Origin: an uncultured Actinomycetota bacterium
Lineage (GTDB): Bacteria; Actinomycetota; Actinomycetes; Actinomycetales; Dermatophilaceae
Assembly: GCA_963769085.1 (NCBI GenBank)
Contig: CAVYKM010000036.1
Coordinates: forward strand, 1,780 to 65,779
Direction: 5' to 3'
DNA length: 64,000 bases
Shown here: positions 50,639 through 61,531 of the stretch, piece by piece
Layout: the number at the start of each line of letters is the position of its first letter
Numbering within the stretch: the stretch's first letter is position 1
Notes under the pieces: generated by a model
The model's database searches: none
Seen by the model: only the letters and a program-made list of their open reading frames with translations
What the model was told of the DNA's origin: nothing
Position numbers and translations under genes: made by a program

Positions 50639-52915
50639 GTGCCTTGGGTGACGGTGCGGACACCGCTCGTGCCGGTTCCGCGGCACGTCGGGCAGGGGCT
50701 GGGTGGTCCTGTTGTCACGCCTGGGTCGAAGGTGCGACCTCCGGCTGCCCGGCCCGGCCAGGTCCGACGGCAGCGACTGCTGCGTGGTCTCTGGGAGAAT
50801 CATTCCGAACTAGTGCTCGTGTTGGCCCCTGCAGGCTTCGGGAAGACCATCCTCATGTCGCAGTGGGCGGCAAGTGCCGGGCGGCCAGTGGCGTGGGCAA
50901 CCGTCTCTGAGGGCGACGCCGACCCGGTCGTGTTGATGTCCACCCTCCTGGAAGCTCTCCGTACCAGTGGGGTGGGGGTCGTCCCGCCCGACGGCGCCCT
51001 GACGGCCGACGAACCCGCGTTCTCCAGACGCGTGCTCCCCCAGTTCCAGCGGTCCCTCGAACAGTTGGACCGGCCGGTAACTCTGGTCGTGGACGACGTT
51101 CATGACATGGCCGGTGTGCGGGCGGCGGTGGTGCTCTCCGCGGTGCTGGAGTCTCTTCCCGAGGGCTCGCAGCTGGCCCTGGTCGGAAGGTCGCGACCTG
51201 ACCTGCCCGTCGCACTGTGGCGCAGCCAGGGACGGGTGCGCGAGCTGGGACCGCAGGAGCTGTCCTTCGACGCAGACGAGGTCAGGGCGCTCCTGGCTGC
51301 GCTGTCGACCCAACAGCCAACGACCGATCTGGTCGAGGAGATCCTGGACACGACGGGCGGCTGGCCGGTGGCGGTCTACCTTCAGGGGTTGGCGACCGCA
51401 ACCGGTCATCAGCCATCGGACATGCCGTCCGCCGCTTTGGCCGACTACCTCGACGGTGTGGTCCTGGCAGGGGCGGCCCCGGAGCTTGTCGAGTTCCTGA
51501 CTCGCTCATCGATCCTGGAAACGCTTTCTGCGCCGTATTGCGATTACGTGCTGGAGGTCACCGACTCCCGCTCCGTCCTGCGCTCGGCGGAGGGAGCGAC
51601 GTTGCTGGTCAGCCGCCTCGATGGAGCCTACGGGTACTTCCGCCTTCACCCGTTGCTGCGCGAACAGTTGGCGCGAAAGCTGCTCGAGTCCGACCCCAGC
51701 GCGGCGAAGGCCCTGCACGTGCGGGCCGCGCGCTGGTGCGACGGGCAGGGCTACGTCGAAGAAGCCATGGCACACGCTGCTCGTGCTGGTGATGTCGACC
51801 TGTTCGGGACTTTGGTTTGGGCGCGCGCACCCGGTGCGCTCATAGTCGGGCGGTACTCGTCGGTGCAAGGGTGGCTCGCCCTTGTCGACGAGTCAGCAGT
51901 GGCGCAGTCCCCGGCGCTGTCCATCACGGCGGCCTGTTCAGCGCTCCTTCGTGCTGATGGCGCCGCGGCGATCCGCTGGGCACAGGTGACGGCGGACATG
52001 CTGGGCCCCGATTGGAAGGACCACCTGGATCGGTCGACGGTCGAGCCCTCTCTTGCGCTGTTGCTGGCGCTGCCCGGCAGAGCAGGGTTCGAGGCATCGG
52101 CTGCGCTCGCCGAGGCTGCCCACCGCTGGCTGCCACCCACACACCCCCTACGCGCCCTCGCTTTGCTGATCCACGGCGCGTACCTGGTAATGACCGGGGC
52201 GACCGACGAGGGCCGGGCCGTCGTTGAGCGCAGTCGAGATCTCGCCCAGTCCTTGAACCTCGCCACCACTTGGGTTGGGTCCTCAACAATGCTGGCTGCG
52301 CTCGACATCCAGACGGAGAACTGGATCAGCGCCGAGGAATCCATCCAGGTAGCCCGACACGTCTGGCTTGAGCACGACCTCGACGACTTCAGCACGACGG
52401 CGTGGGTCTCCGGGGTGTCGGGATTCCTCTACGCACGAGGCGGCACTGAGCGCCAGGCGCGGGCGGACCTGCGGCGAGTGGAGGCGATGATGTCCGGCCT
52501 CCGCCCGCTCCTGCCCTGGCTCCATGTCCTGGTCCAGTCCATGGTTGCGCGCGCCTGGGCCATCCTCGGGAACACCGCAGCGGCGGCCACGGCGGTGGAG
52601 GCGGCTCGCACCATCCGTGACCAGCTGCCCGCATCCACGTTCCTCGATGGCCTCGTGGGCAAGGCAGAGCAGGCGACGGGACGCTGCGAGGTGCTCGCCC
52701 GTCTGACGCCGGCCGAACTGAGGCTGTGGCCTTACCTGCTGGAACGATCGACCCTGCGCGAGATCGCAGCGCAGCTGCACCTCTCGCCCGAAACGGTGAA
52801 GACCGAACTGAGGTCCATCTACCGCAAGGTCGGCGTCTCCTCCCGCCGCGAGCTGCAGGATCTGGCCGACATGCTGGGTGGTACGGCTCGCCCAGGCACC
52901 GGCTCGCCCCGCTAG
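50639..52915 (+). CDS. LAL-type (large ATP-binding) LuxR-family transcriptional regulator
   Basis: Walker A APAGFGKT, long helical-repeat middle region, C-terminal LuxR HTH (LTPAELRLWPYLLERSTLREIAAQLHLSPETVKTELRSIYRKVGV). Confidence 0.85.
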   Translation: MPWVTVRTPLVPVPRHVGQGLGGPVVTPGSKVRPPAARPGQVRRQRLLRGLWENHSELVLVLAPAGFGKTILMSQWAASAGRPVAWATVSEGDADPVVLMSTLLEALRTSGVGVVPPDGALTADEPAFSRRVLPQFQRSLEQLDRPVTLVVDDVHDMAGVRAAVVLSAVLESLPEGSQLALVGRSRPDLPVALWRSQGRVRELGPQELSFDADEVRALLAALSTQQPTTDLVEEILDTTGGWPVAVYLQGLATATGHQPSDMPSAALADYLDGVVLAGAAPELVEFLTRSSILETLSAPYCDYVLEVTDSRSVLRSAEGATLLVSRLDGAYGYFRLHPLLREQLARKLLESDPSAAKALHVRAARWCDGQGYVEEAMAHAARAGDVDLFGTLVWARAPGALIVGRYSSVQGWLALVDESAVAQSPALSITAACSALLRADGAAAIRWAQVTADMLGPDWKDHLDRSTVEPSLALLLALPGRAGFEASAALAEAAHRWLPPTHPLRALALLIHGAYLVMTGATDEGRAVVERSRDLAQSLNLATTWVGSSTMLAALDIQTENWISAEESIQVARHVWLEHDLDDFSTTAWVSGVSGFLYARGGTERQARADLRRVEAMMSGLRPLLPWLHVLVQSMVARAWAILGNTAAAATAVEAARTIRDQLPASTFLDGLVGKAEQATGRCEVLARLTPAELRLWPYLLERSTLREIAAQLHLSPETVKTELRSIYRKVGVSSRRELQDLADMLGGTARPGTGSPR

Positions 52916-53100
52916 GCACGCACCCCGGCTGCTGGTTCGCGCTGACTGGTGGCGCGCGAAGTTCCCCCGTCAGGGGGGATGCCGGGACTGCGGGGAATCT
53001 CGAAGAGTCGAGTCCAGCAGTTACGGCTGCGGCGTCACCGCCGCCCTTCAGAGGGCTTCCGCACCTGCCTCTGAACCAGCGAAGGAGGAGATGAGCAGAT

Positions 53101-53556
53101 ATGAGCAACAGCGTCGACGAACTCGGCCCGGTCGACTGGATCGTGGTGGAGTTCCCGGGCAACAAGTTCAACGGCGAGATCGCACCGCACCTGGTGGACC
53201 TTGTCGATCGGGGCATCATTCGAGTGCTCGACCTTCTCGTGCTGACCAAGGACGCGGACGGATCCATCGAGGGGTTCGAGTTGGCGGACCTGGACGACAG
53301 CGAGATCGGCCAGCTGCGCACCTACGAGGCGGAACTGGCGATGCTGCTCAGCGAGGACGACGTGGCCTCGATCGCCGAGGCGGTGAACCCGAACAGCGCG
53401 GCCGCGGTCTTGGTCTTCGAGAACACGTGGGCAGCGCCGTTCGCCTCTTCGGTTCGTCACGCCGGCGGGCAGTTGGTCGCCACGGGCCGCATCCCGATCC
53501 AGGCGTTGCTGGCTGCCATCGAGGCCGACGCCGACGAAGAGAGCGAGGAGATCTGA
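53101..53556 (+). CDS. DUF6325/DUF1269-like small acidic protein
   Basis: GAAGGAGGAG RBS. VDWIVVEFPGNKFNGEIAPHLVDLVDRGIIRVLDLLVL...AAVLVFENTWAAPF. Confidence 0.55.
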   Translation: MSNSVDELGPVDWIVVEFPGNKFNGEIAPHLVDLVDRGIIRVLDLLVLTKDADGSIEGFELADLDDSEIGQLRTYEAELAMLLSEDDVASIAEAVNPNSAAAVLVFENTWAAPFASSVRHAGGQLVATGRIPIQALLAAIEADADEESEEI

Positions 53557-53557
53557 A

Positions 53558-53710
53558 ATGCCACTTGCCAGGAGAAGGGCTCGTCGGGCCGGGGTCGTGG
53601 GGGCGCCGGTGGCACGTACGGCCACGACGGTGGCGACCGCCGCTGTCGTGGCTCACGGCGTGAACCGTCGCACCGACCGGCGCGACGACCGCCGGGACCG
53701 GCGCCGCTGA
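53558..53710 (+). CDS. 50-aa Arg-rich micro-ORF (hypothetical; below the ORF-track length cut-off)
   Basis: ATG 2 nt after the preceding stop. MPLARRRARRAGVVGAPVARTATTVATAAVVAHGVNRRTDRRDDRRDRRR*. Confidence 0.3.
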   Translation: MPLARRRARRAGVVGAPVARTATTVATAAVVAHGVNRRTDRRDDRRDRRR

Positions 53711-53727
53711 GCGGGTCGCCTCCCGAG

Positions 53728-54156
53728 ATGACCACACCATCGAAGGCACGACAAGGAGGCATGGACATGTCGCAAGAGGTTAGTGAGCGAGGTACAGCCG
53801 GGGCGATGCTCGCCGCCATCTTCATGATCATCGCAGGATGCTTCGGTCTGCTGCAGGGCATCGCCCTCATCGCCAAGGGCACGTTCTACGTCCAACCAGA
53901 GAACTACTGGATCACCACCAGCGCATCCACCTGGGGCTGGTGGTTGCTGCTGGTCGGGGCGGTCGTCACCGCTGCAGGCTTTGGCGTGCTCTCTGGCGCT
54001 GCTTGGGCGCGTTGGCTGGGCATCGTCATGGTCAGCGTGCAGGCGTTGACCAACTTCGTGTTCATCCCGGTCCAGCCGTTCTGGGCGATCACGCTGATCC
54101 TCGTGGATCTGTGGGTCATCCACGCCCTGTTCGTGCACCGACGCGTAACGGTCTGA
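53728..54156 (+). CDS. DUF7144-like integral membrane protein
   Basis: Four predicted TM segments. STWGWWLLLVGAVVTAAGFGVLSGAAWARWLGIVMVSVQALTNFVFIP. Start may be the internal ATG near 53761. Confidence 0.6.
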   Translation: MTTPSKARQGGMDMSQEVSERGTAGAMLAAIFMIIAGCFGLLQGIALIAKGTFYVQPENYWITTSASTWGWWLLLVGAVVTAAGFGVLSGAAWARWLGIVMVSVQALTNFVFIPVQPFWAITLILVDLWVIHALFVHRRVTV

Positions 54157-54297
54157 CCAGCAACCTTTGCGGGCGCCGCGGCGCGACCGGCACAATGCCC
54201 ATGGACCCTCGCGGCGGCCGCCGGCAGGACCGACCCTGGCCCGAGGCCCCGTTTCGTACGCCAGTTGTGAGCGTGATGTCGAACCCGAGGAGTGGCC

Positions 54298-56709
54298 ATG
54301 AACGAGCCTGATCGCAGCAAGCTCCCGATCCGGCGCCCTGCTTTCGGCGGGACGGCGGCTCGGACTCTGCAGGGTTGTCGAGCCGGACTGGGCCCTGATC
54401 GACCACGTCCACCCACCGGCCGGCGCGCCCAATGTCTTGGTCGTGTTGATCGACGATGCGGGGTTCGGCAACCCGAGCACGTTCGGTGGTCCGATCGACA
54501 CGCCCAACTTCACGAGGATGGCTCGAGGGCGGGCTGCGGTACAACCGCTTTCACGTGACGGCGCTGTGCTCCCCGACCCGAGCCGCCCTGCTGACCGGCC
54601 GCAACAGCCACACCGTCGGATTCGGCTCAGTCGGGGAGTTCTCCAACGGCTTCCCCGGCTACACGGCCGTTCTCCCACGCGACTGCGCAGCGCTGCCCCG
54701 GGTCCTGCGCGACAACGGGTACAGCACCGCTGCGTTCGGCAAGTGGCACCTCACGCCGGACGGCCAACAGGGACCGGCCGGCCCCTTCGACCGGTGGCCG
54801 AACGGGTGGGGCTTCGACTACTTCTACGGGTTCCTGGGCGGCGGCGCGAGCCAGTGGGACCCGTGCATGGCCGAGAACCAGAAGATCATCGGAACGGACC
54901 CCGCCTTCGACGACGAGGACAACCCCTACTACCTGCCCGACGCCATGGCCGACAAGACGATCCAGTGGCTGCACGCAGTGCGCGCGCAGGACGCGACCAA
55001 ACCGTTCTTCGCCTACTTCTCCACCGGGTGCAGCCACGCGCCACACCACGTGGCCGACAGCTGGGCCGAGAAGTACAAGGGTCGATTCGACCAGGGTTGG
55101 GACCGCATGCGCGAGGAGGTGTTCGCGCGGCAGCAACAGCTCGGGGTCGTTCCCTCCGATGCCGAGCTGACACCTCGGCACGAGGCGTTCCCAGCCTGGG
55201 ACGACGTGCCCGAGCCGCTCAAGGCGTACTACGCGCGGCAGATGGAGGTCTACGCCGGGTTCTCGGAGAACGCCGACCACAACGTGGGCCGGGTCATCGA
55301 CGCGATCGAAGAGCTGGGCGAGCTCGACAACACCCTGATCTTCTGGATCTGGGGAGACAACGGCGCCAGCATGGAGGGCTCGCCCACCGGCTCGTTCAAC
55401 GAGCTGACCATGCAGAACGGCATCCCGCTCACCGACGAGATGCAGCTGCAGCTCGTCGAGCGCTACGGGGGGCTGCGAGGCCTGGGGCGGGGCCATGATG
55501 GACCCGCACTACTCGGCGGCCTGGGCCTGGGCCGGAAACACACCCTTCCAGTGGGGCAAGCAGGTCGGCTCGCACCTCGGCGGCACGCGGAACCCGATGG
55601 TCGTGCACTGGCCGGATCGGGTCACCGATGCTGGCGGGCTGCGCTCGCAGTTCACGCACGTGACGGACCTGGCGCCGACGATCCTGGAGGTGTGTGGCAT
55701 CCCGGCGCCGGAGGAGGTCGACGGAATCGTGCAAGAGCCTCTGCACGGGGCCACCTTCGCCGACTCCTTCACCGACGCGGCCGCACCGGAGCGGCACACT
55801 CAGCAGTACTTCGAGAGCGTCGGGAACCGGGCCATGTACAAGGACGGCTGGTGGCTCGCGATGCGCACCGAGCGGATCCCGTGGGTCCTCACCCCGGCCG
55901 CGCTACAGCCGTACACGCCAGGGGTCTGGAACCCCGACGACGACCCCGTCGAGCTGTACTACCTGCCCGAGGACTTCAGCCAGGCGCACGACCTGGCCGC
56001 GGAGCATCCCGAGAAGGTCGAGCAGCTGCGCGCACTGTTCTGGTCGGAGGCGGAGAAGTACAAGGTGCTGCCCCTGCTGGCCACGCTTGGGGTGTTCTTC
56101 GGGGTCGCGCCGCCGCTTCCGCAGGTCTCGACGTTCGAGTTCCGCGGTGATGTCGAGAACGTCCTGTCCGGCATGGTCCCGCGGATCTACAACCACTCCT
56201 ACACGATCAGCGCCGACCTTGTCATCCCCGACGGCGGCGCCGAGGGTGTGATCGTGGCCGAGGCCGACCACCTAGGTGGCTTCTCGCTGTTCGTGGACGG
56301 TGGACGGCTCACGCACACCTACTCGATGATGGGGGTGTTCGTGTTCCGCCAGCGGTCCGAGGAGCCGCTGCCGACCGGCGAGGTGAGCGTTCGGATGGAG
56401 TTCGCCGCCGACGCGCCGAAACCGGCCGCGAGCGGTACAGTCACCCTGTTCGTGAACGACAAGCCCGTCGGGAACGGACGCATGGAGCACACCGTTCCCA
56501 TCCGCTTCTCCGGTTACGCGGGCATGGACATCGGGCGCGACAACGGCGGGGTCGTTGACCTGAGCTACGCCGATCGCAAACCGTTTGCGTTCACCGGAAC
56601 CATCAAGAAGGTCGTCTTCGACGTCAAGCCCCACCTCGCGCTCGAGGACGAGCACGCCGTGCACCTGGCCGCTCAGCACGGCCAGGCGCTGCACGCAGTC
56701 ACCGCCTGA
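54298..56709 (+). pseudogene. Cys-type arylsulfatase, about 3 frame breaks (~54375, ~54520, ~55490)
   Basis: [20 protein letters not shown]; [19 protein letters not shown] (C-x-P-x-R formylglycine motif); GKWHL; [12 protein letters not shown]; C-terminal domain in ORF 55495..56709. Confidence 0.85.
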
Positions 56710-56739
56710 ACCGATCGATCACCGGAGGGAGTCGACACC

Positions 56740-57264
56740 ATGGCATTCGACGAGGAAACGATCGACGTACTCATCGGCGGCTACCTGTCCAAGGACGCGG
56801 CCATGCAGGACTACGAGTCCGTCCTTGGCTGCGGCGGCTACCTGCACGGCGCGGTCGTCGTGACCAAGAGCCTCGAGGGCGAGCTCGAGGTCCAGCAGAC
56901 CGACCACATGGTGCGTGAGGGTGCGGAGGGCCTAGGGGCGGTCGGCCTCGTCGTCGGTCTGTTCGCACCCCCGCTGCTGGCCGCGACCGCCGTCGGCGCC
57001 GCCATCGGGGCAGGGCTGGGCAAACTGGCCCACCATCGCACGGCGGACAAGCTGCAGGAGCAGGCCGGCGAGACGATCCCGATCGGGGGCGCCGGGCTGA
57101 TCGTGGCCTACCCGCACTCCGCAGCCGGCACCGTCGAGCCTGCCGTCACGCGCACCATCACCCGTGCGGTCGGCGAAGCCGAAGGCCACCACGTCAAGGC
57201 CCTCAAGGGCGCCATCGCCGACGCCCAAACCAAGCTGGCACAGTCCCAGAGCTCAAACCCGTGA
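56740..57264 (+). CDS. DUF1269-like membrane protein
   Basis: Glycine-zipper TM region GLGAVGLVVGLFAPPLLAATAVGAAIGAGLG flanked by soluble domains. Confidence 0.6.
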   Translation: MAFDEETIDVLIGGYLSKDAAMQDYESVLGCGGYLHGAVVVTKSLEGELEVQQTDHMVREGAEGLGAVGLVVGLFAPPLLAATAVGAAIGAGLGKLAHHRTADKLQEQAGETIPIGGAGLIVAYPHSAAGTVEPAVTRTITRAVGEAEGHHVKALKGAIADAQTKLAQSQSSNP

Positions 57265-57498
57265 GGCGGCCGCTGCACACGCCGGCGGGTCAGCAGTACT
57301 GACGCCGGCGCGGACACACCGACGAGCAAGGGCGCGCGCGGAGGGCGCGCGCGGGAGGCGCCATGGTGTCCGGAGGGCTCGGGGACGAACCTGAAGTTCC
57401 CCTCGTCTCCGTCGAGAGCGCGTACCAGAGTCGGTCACGCGTTCGCGTCCTCAACCAAGCCTCCTTGGACGCGGCGCTTCGTCCCGCTCGTCGAGTCG

Positions 57499-59205
57499 AT
57501 GCGGGGCTATTCCAGGAACGCGCTTGCCGTGGACGCCCTCGCCGGGCTGACCGTCGCCGCGCTCGCCCTTCCAGCCTCGATGGCTTACGCGGAGCTCGCT
57601 GGGCTTCCCGTGACTGCTGGGCTGTACGCCCTGCTGCTGCCCGTCCTGGCGTACGCATTTCTGGGCTCCGGGCTGCGGGTGATGGTCGGTCCGGAGGGCG
57701 CTGTCGCGCTTCTCGTGGCCAGCGCTCTCGCACCGCTGGCCGCCGCGGGGTCGGCGCAGTACACGACGTTGGCGGCAGCCCTGGCCCTGGGCGTAGGCGC
57801 CGTCTTCCTCGTGGCGCGGCTGCTGCGCCTGGGCTGGGTCGCCGACTACTTCTCCCAGGCGGTGCTGGTCGGCTACATCTCGGGGGTGGCCGTGCTGATG
57901 ATCCTCGGCCAGCTGGAGAAGCTGACCGGGTTGTCCAGCCAGTACAGCAATTCCGTTCAGGCCGCGTTCGACATCCTGTGGCACCTTGGTGATGCAAGTG
58001 CCGCGACCGTGGCCGTGGGGATCACTGCGCTCGCGGTGCTCGTGGTGTTCGGGCGGTTCTTGCCACGCTGGCCAGGGGCGCTCGTGGTCGTCGTGCTGGG
58101 CATCGTGGTGTCGTGGTGGTTCGACCTGCAGGCGCGTGGCGTCACGGTCACCGGTCCCATCCCGGCTGGGCTGCCCTCGTTGGAGCGTCCGGACCTCACC
58201 AGTTCTCAGATGCTCTCGCTGGTGATGCCGGCTGTCGCGATCTTCCTGGTCAGCTACTCGGACGCCGTCCTGACCGCACGATCGTTCGCCGCTCGCCATG
58301 GCGAGACGATCGACGCGGACCAAGAGCTGCTGGCCTTCGGCGCGGCCAGCGTCGGGGCGGGCTTCACCCAGGGCATGCCGATCGGCACCAGCGGATCACG
58401 CACGGCGGTCAACGACTCGATGCGGGCGACCAGCCAGGTCAGCGGCCTGGTCAGCTTCGGGGCGATCGGGCTGATCCTGCTGCTGCTCACGGAACCGATC
58501 CAGTACCTACCCACCGCGATCCTGGGCGCGGTGATCGTATTCGCGTCGTTGAAGCTCATCGAGCCCCAGCAGTGGCGAGGTCTGGCCCACAGCAGCCGCG
58601 TCGAGGTCGGGATCTCGGCGGTCACCGCCGTGGTCGTGGTCGGCATCGGGGTGCTGCCCGCCATCGTGGTCGCGGTGGTGCTCTCCATCATCGACGTCGT
58701 TCGCCGAGCGGCCACTCCCGGTGACGCAGTCCTGGGCTGCTCCCGGTCAAGTGGGTTTACCGATCAGCGGTACGCCGACGTGGACACCCACCCCGGGGCC
58801 AGGGTCACCCCGGGGGTGGTCGTGTACCGGATCCAGGAACGGCTGTTCTTCGCGAACGCCCACTTCTTCAAGCGTCGGGTGTGGGCAGCGGTGGACGGCG
58901 CACCCAAGCCGGTGAGGCATCTCGTGCTCGACGCCGCCATGATCAGTGGGATCGACGCGAGCGCGGTCGAAGCCGTCCGGGAGGTGCAGGCGGGACTGCA
59001 CAGCCGCAACATCGTCCTGGAGGTGGCCCGTGCGACCGATGAGCTGCGCGAGCAGTTCGCCCAGACCGGCCTCACCGAGCTGATCGGTCCTGAGCCACTT
59101 CCCGCAACCGTCGCGGCGGCGGTCGTAGCCTGCGTCGTGGGTCCGCCTGCTCCGAAGGGGCCCCACAGCGATCAGGCGGACCCAGACGGGTCGCCGACGG
59201 GCTGA
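57499..59205 (+). CDS. SulP-family anion (sulfate) transporter with C-terminal STAS domain
   Basis: DALAGLTVAALALPASMAYAELAGLPVTAGLYA, then STAS (VVVYRIQERLFFANA...). Confidence 0.9.
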   Translation: MRGYSRNALAVDALAGLTVAALALPASMAYAELAGLPVTAGLYALLLPVLAYAFLGSGLRVMVGPEGAVALLVASALAPLAAAGSAQYTTLAAALALGVGAVFLVARLLRLGWVADYFSQAVLVGYISGVAVLMILGQLEKLTGLSSQYSNSVQAAFDILWHLGDASAATVAVGITALAVLVVFGRFLPRWPGALVVVVLGIVVSWWFDLQARGVTVTGPIPAGLPSLERPDLTSSQMLSLVMPAVAIFLVSYSDAVLTARSFAARHGETIDADQELLAFGAASVGAGFTQGMPIGTSGSRTAVNDSMRATSQVSGLVSFGAIGLILLLLTEPIQYLPTAILGAVIVFASLKLIEPQQWRGLAHSSRVEVGISAVTAVVVVGIGVLPAIVVAVVLSIIDVVRRAATPGDAVLGCSRSSGFTDQRYADVDTHPGARVTPGVVVYRIQERLFFANAHFFKRRVWAAVDGAPKPVRHLVLDAAMISGIDASAVEAVREVQAGLHSRNIVLEVARATDELREQFAQTGLTELIGPEPLPATVAAAVVACVVGPPAPKGPHSDQADPDGSPTG

Positions 59206-59301
59206 GGCGGGCGGTTCACGTCAGCGGGTTCAGGCGGTTGGTGTGGGTGGATCGCGGTATGGACTCGGCGCCTCCGCGCGTGGCCGCCGCCCTGCTTCCG
59301 C

Positions 59302-60996
59302 TCAGGTGTTCGCGGAGGCGTCGGCGCGGAAGGCCTGCAGGGCGTCGATGACCGTGGGGAAGATGTGGGCGCTGTCGATGTCCTCGAGGGTGCCGTAGGC
59401 CTTCAGCGTGGCCAGCAGGCCGGGGTCGACGCCGGCCAGTGCGAGCACCCGGCCGTTAGCGTGCACGGACTTGACCAGACCGGCGAGGTTGAGCCCGGCG
59501 GAGTAGTCGACGTCGGTCATGGCTGAGCAGTCGAGGACCAGCCAGCGCACCTTGGCGGGTGCAGCGGCCAGGAGTCGTTGGACGTCGTCGACGAAGAGGC
59601 TGCCGTTGGCGTAGAAGAGCGGGGCGTCGAATCGGAAGACCAGCAGCCCGGGGAGGCTCTGGGCCCCTGGCTCGGCAGGCTCGTAGGTCGGTTCGCCCGC
59701 CTGGTCCACCCCGACGAGGAAGTCCTTGGGTGTGTACGCCCGGCGCACCAGTTCGATGATCGACAGGACGACTGCCAGCACGATGCCCTGCTCGACGCCC
59801 CACCCGAACACGACCATCGCGGTCACGCAGGCGATGACGAACTCGCTGACTCGGGCCGCCCGGATCCTCTTCAAGCCCAGGACGTCGACCAGGCCGAGAC
59901 CGATGAGGAAGACGATCGCGGCCAGCACGGCCGTGGGCATGTTCGTGAGGTACCCCGTGAGGAAGAGCACGACCACCAGGACCACGAGCGACATGGTGAT
60001 GTTGGCGAGCTGGGTGCGGCCGTGCTGCTCGTCGAGGATCTCGGTCTTGGTCGGGCTGCCGTTGACGACGAAGGTCCCGCTGAGGCCGGCAGCGATGTTG
60101 GCACCGCTTAGCCCGACGATGTCGCGGTTCACGTCGACGCGTTGCTCGTGCTTCATGGCGAAGCTGCGGGAGGTCGCGGCGCTCTGCGCGATGATCAGCA
60201 CGAAGCACGAGACCGCGATCCCCGCCACGGCGGGCACGTCGCTCCACGTGATGCCCTGCGGCAGGCCGATGGGCGGGAAGCCGCCTTGGACCGGACCGAT
60301 GACGGCAACCCCGTTGGCGCTGGAGTCCAACGCGTTGGACACGACGATCGACAGGACCACCGCGAGGACCGCACCGGGCACCTTGGGCGCGAAGCGCTTG
60401 CAGCCGAGGATGATGATCAGCGTGCCTGCGGCGTAGGCGAGGGTCGGGCCGTTGGCGTCGACAGCATGGGTGATCGTGTACCACTGCTGCTGGAACCAGG
60501 TGCCCGTCCCCTTGTGGATGCCGAGCATGTCGGGGATCTGCCCGGTGAGGACCTGGATGCCCACGCCGGTGAGGAAGCCGATCAGCACCGATGCGCTCAG
60601 GAAGTCGCCCAGGAAGCCGAGCTTGAGCAGCCGTGCCAGGATCAACAGTCCACCGCCGACCAGCGCCACCAGGCTCGCCCAGGCCAGCCACTCGGCGGAG
60701 TTCGGTGTGAGCCCGGCGATCCCGAGCCCGGCCAGTCCAGCGGCCATGATCGCGGCCGTGGCGGAGTCCGCGCCAACCACGAGCAGCCGCGACGAGCCGA
60801 GCAGGGCGAAGGCGATGGTCGGGAAGATGATCGTATAGAGACCGGTGACCACCGGCGTCTGCGCGATCGTGGTGTACCCCATGGTCTCCGGGATCGCCAC
60901 CGCTGCCAGGGTGACACCTGCAACGAGGTCGCCTGTCAGCCACCCGGGTTCATAGCCGCGCAACGACTTCGGAGTCAGCTTCGCAAGAACCGACAT
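59302..60996 (-). CDS. SulP-family anion (sulfate) transporter with C-terminal STAS domain (second copy, convergent)
   Basis: DLVAGVTLAAVAIPETMGYTTIAQTPVVTGLYT, then STAS (LLVFRFDAPLFYANG...). Confidence 0.9.
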   Translation of the reverse strand: MSVLAKLTPKSLRGYEPGWLTGDLVAGVTLAAVAIPETMGYTTIAQTPVVTGLYTIIFPTIAFALLGSSRLLVVGADSATAAIMAAGLAGLGIAGLTPNSAEWLAWASLVALVGGGLLILARLLKLGFLGDFLSASVLIGFLTGVGIQVLTGQIPDMLGIHKGTGTWFQQQWYTITHAVDANGPTLAYAAGTLIIILGCKRFAPKVPGAVLAVVLSIVVSNALDSSANGVAVIGPVQGGFPPIGLPQGITWSDVPAVAGIAVSCFVLIIAQSAATSRSFAMKHEQRVDVNRDIVGLSGANIAAGLSGTFVVNGSPTKTEILDEQHGRTQLANITMSLVVLVVVLFLTGYLTNMPTAVLAAIVFLIGLGLVDVLGLKRIRAARVSEFVIACVTAMVVFGWGVEQGIVLAVVLSIIELVRRAYTPKDFLVGVDQAGEPTYEPAEPGAQSLPGLLVFRFDAPLFYANGSLFVDDVQRLLAAAPAKVRWLVLDCSAMTDVDYSAGLNLAGLVKSVHANGRVLALAGVDPGLLATLKAYGTLEDIDSAHIFPTVIDALQAFRADASANT

Positions 60997-61038
60997 CGAA
61001 CCTCTTCATCACCTAGTGACCGGGGCAAACCAGCCGGG

Positions 61039-61488
61039 TCAGGACGCGAGGGCCTTGGCCTTCAGCTGGTCGAACTCGGCCTGGGAGATAGCACCAGAGT
61101 CCAGCAGACCCTTGGCGCTGGCGATCTGACCGGCGACCGACGCGCCACCCTGGCTGGCGACGACCCCCTGGGCGTCCTGGACCTGTGCCTTCTGCAGCTC
61201 CTGGCGGGACTCGATGGCGCGCTGGGTCATGCCGCCGCCCCGGGCGATGAGGTAGATCAGCATGCCCAGGATCGGCACGACAATGATGAGGAGGATCCAG
61301 AAGGTCTTGGACCAACCGCCCAGGTCGCGGCTGCGGAACAAGTCGGAGAAAATCCAGAACAGGCACATGAGGTAGGCGAAGAAGATGAAGAATTCGAACA
61401 TTGCCAGCAGGAACGAACCGTTGTTGTCGAACACTTGGGGACTCCCGCGCCTGCGCCGCTTCTGGGCGCTCGTGGTGGACGCGTCCAC
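61039..61488 (-). CDS. PLD-nuclease-N-like TM domain + SHOCT domain protein
   Basis: FIFFAYLMCLFWIFSDLFRSRDLGGWSKTFWILLIIVVPILGMLIYLIARGGG, then C-terminal LLDSGAISQAEFDQLKAKAL (SHOCT). The start could be ATG 61401. Confidence 0.7.
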   Translation of the reverse strand: MDASTTSAQKRRRRGSPQVFDNNGSFLLAMFEFFIFFAYLMCLFWIFSDLFRSRDLGGWSKTFWILLIIVVPILGMLIYLIARGGGMTQRAIESRQELQKAQVQDAQGVVASQGGASVAGQIASAKGLLDSGAISQAEFDQLKAKALAS

Positions 61489-61531
61489 TCAAGCGTTACC
61501 CCGAGCGGCCCACATCCCCCCTGACGGGTGA

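Noticed and set aside
60142-61524. 460-aa plus-strand ORF (also 59456..60943 on the minus strand, off-frame).
   Set aside because: It overlaps the clearly homologous SulP transporter (59302..60996) and the SHOCT gene, and its composition is that of an artefact.
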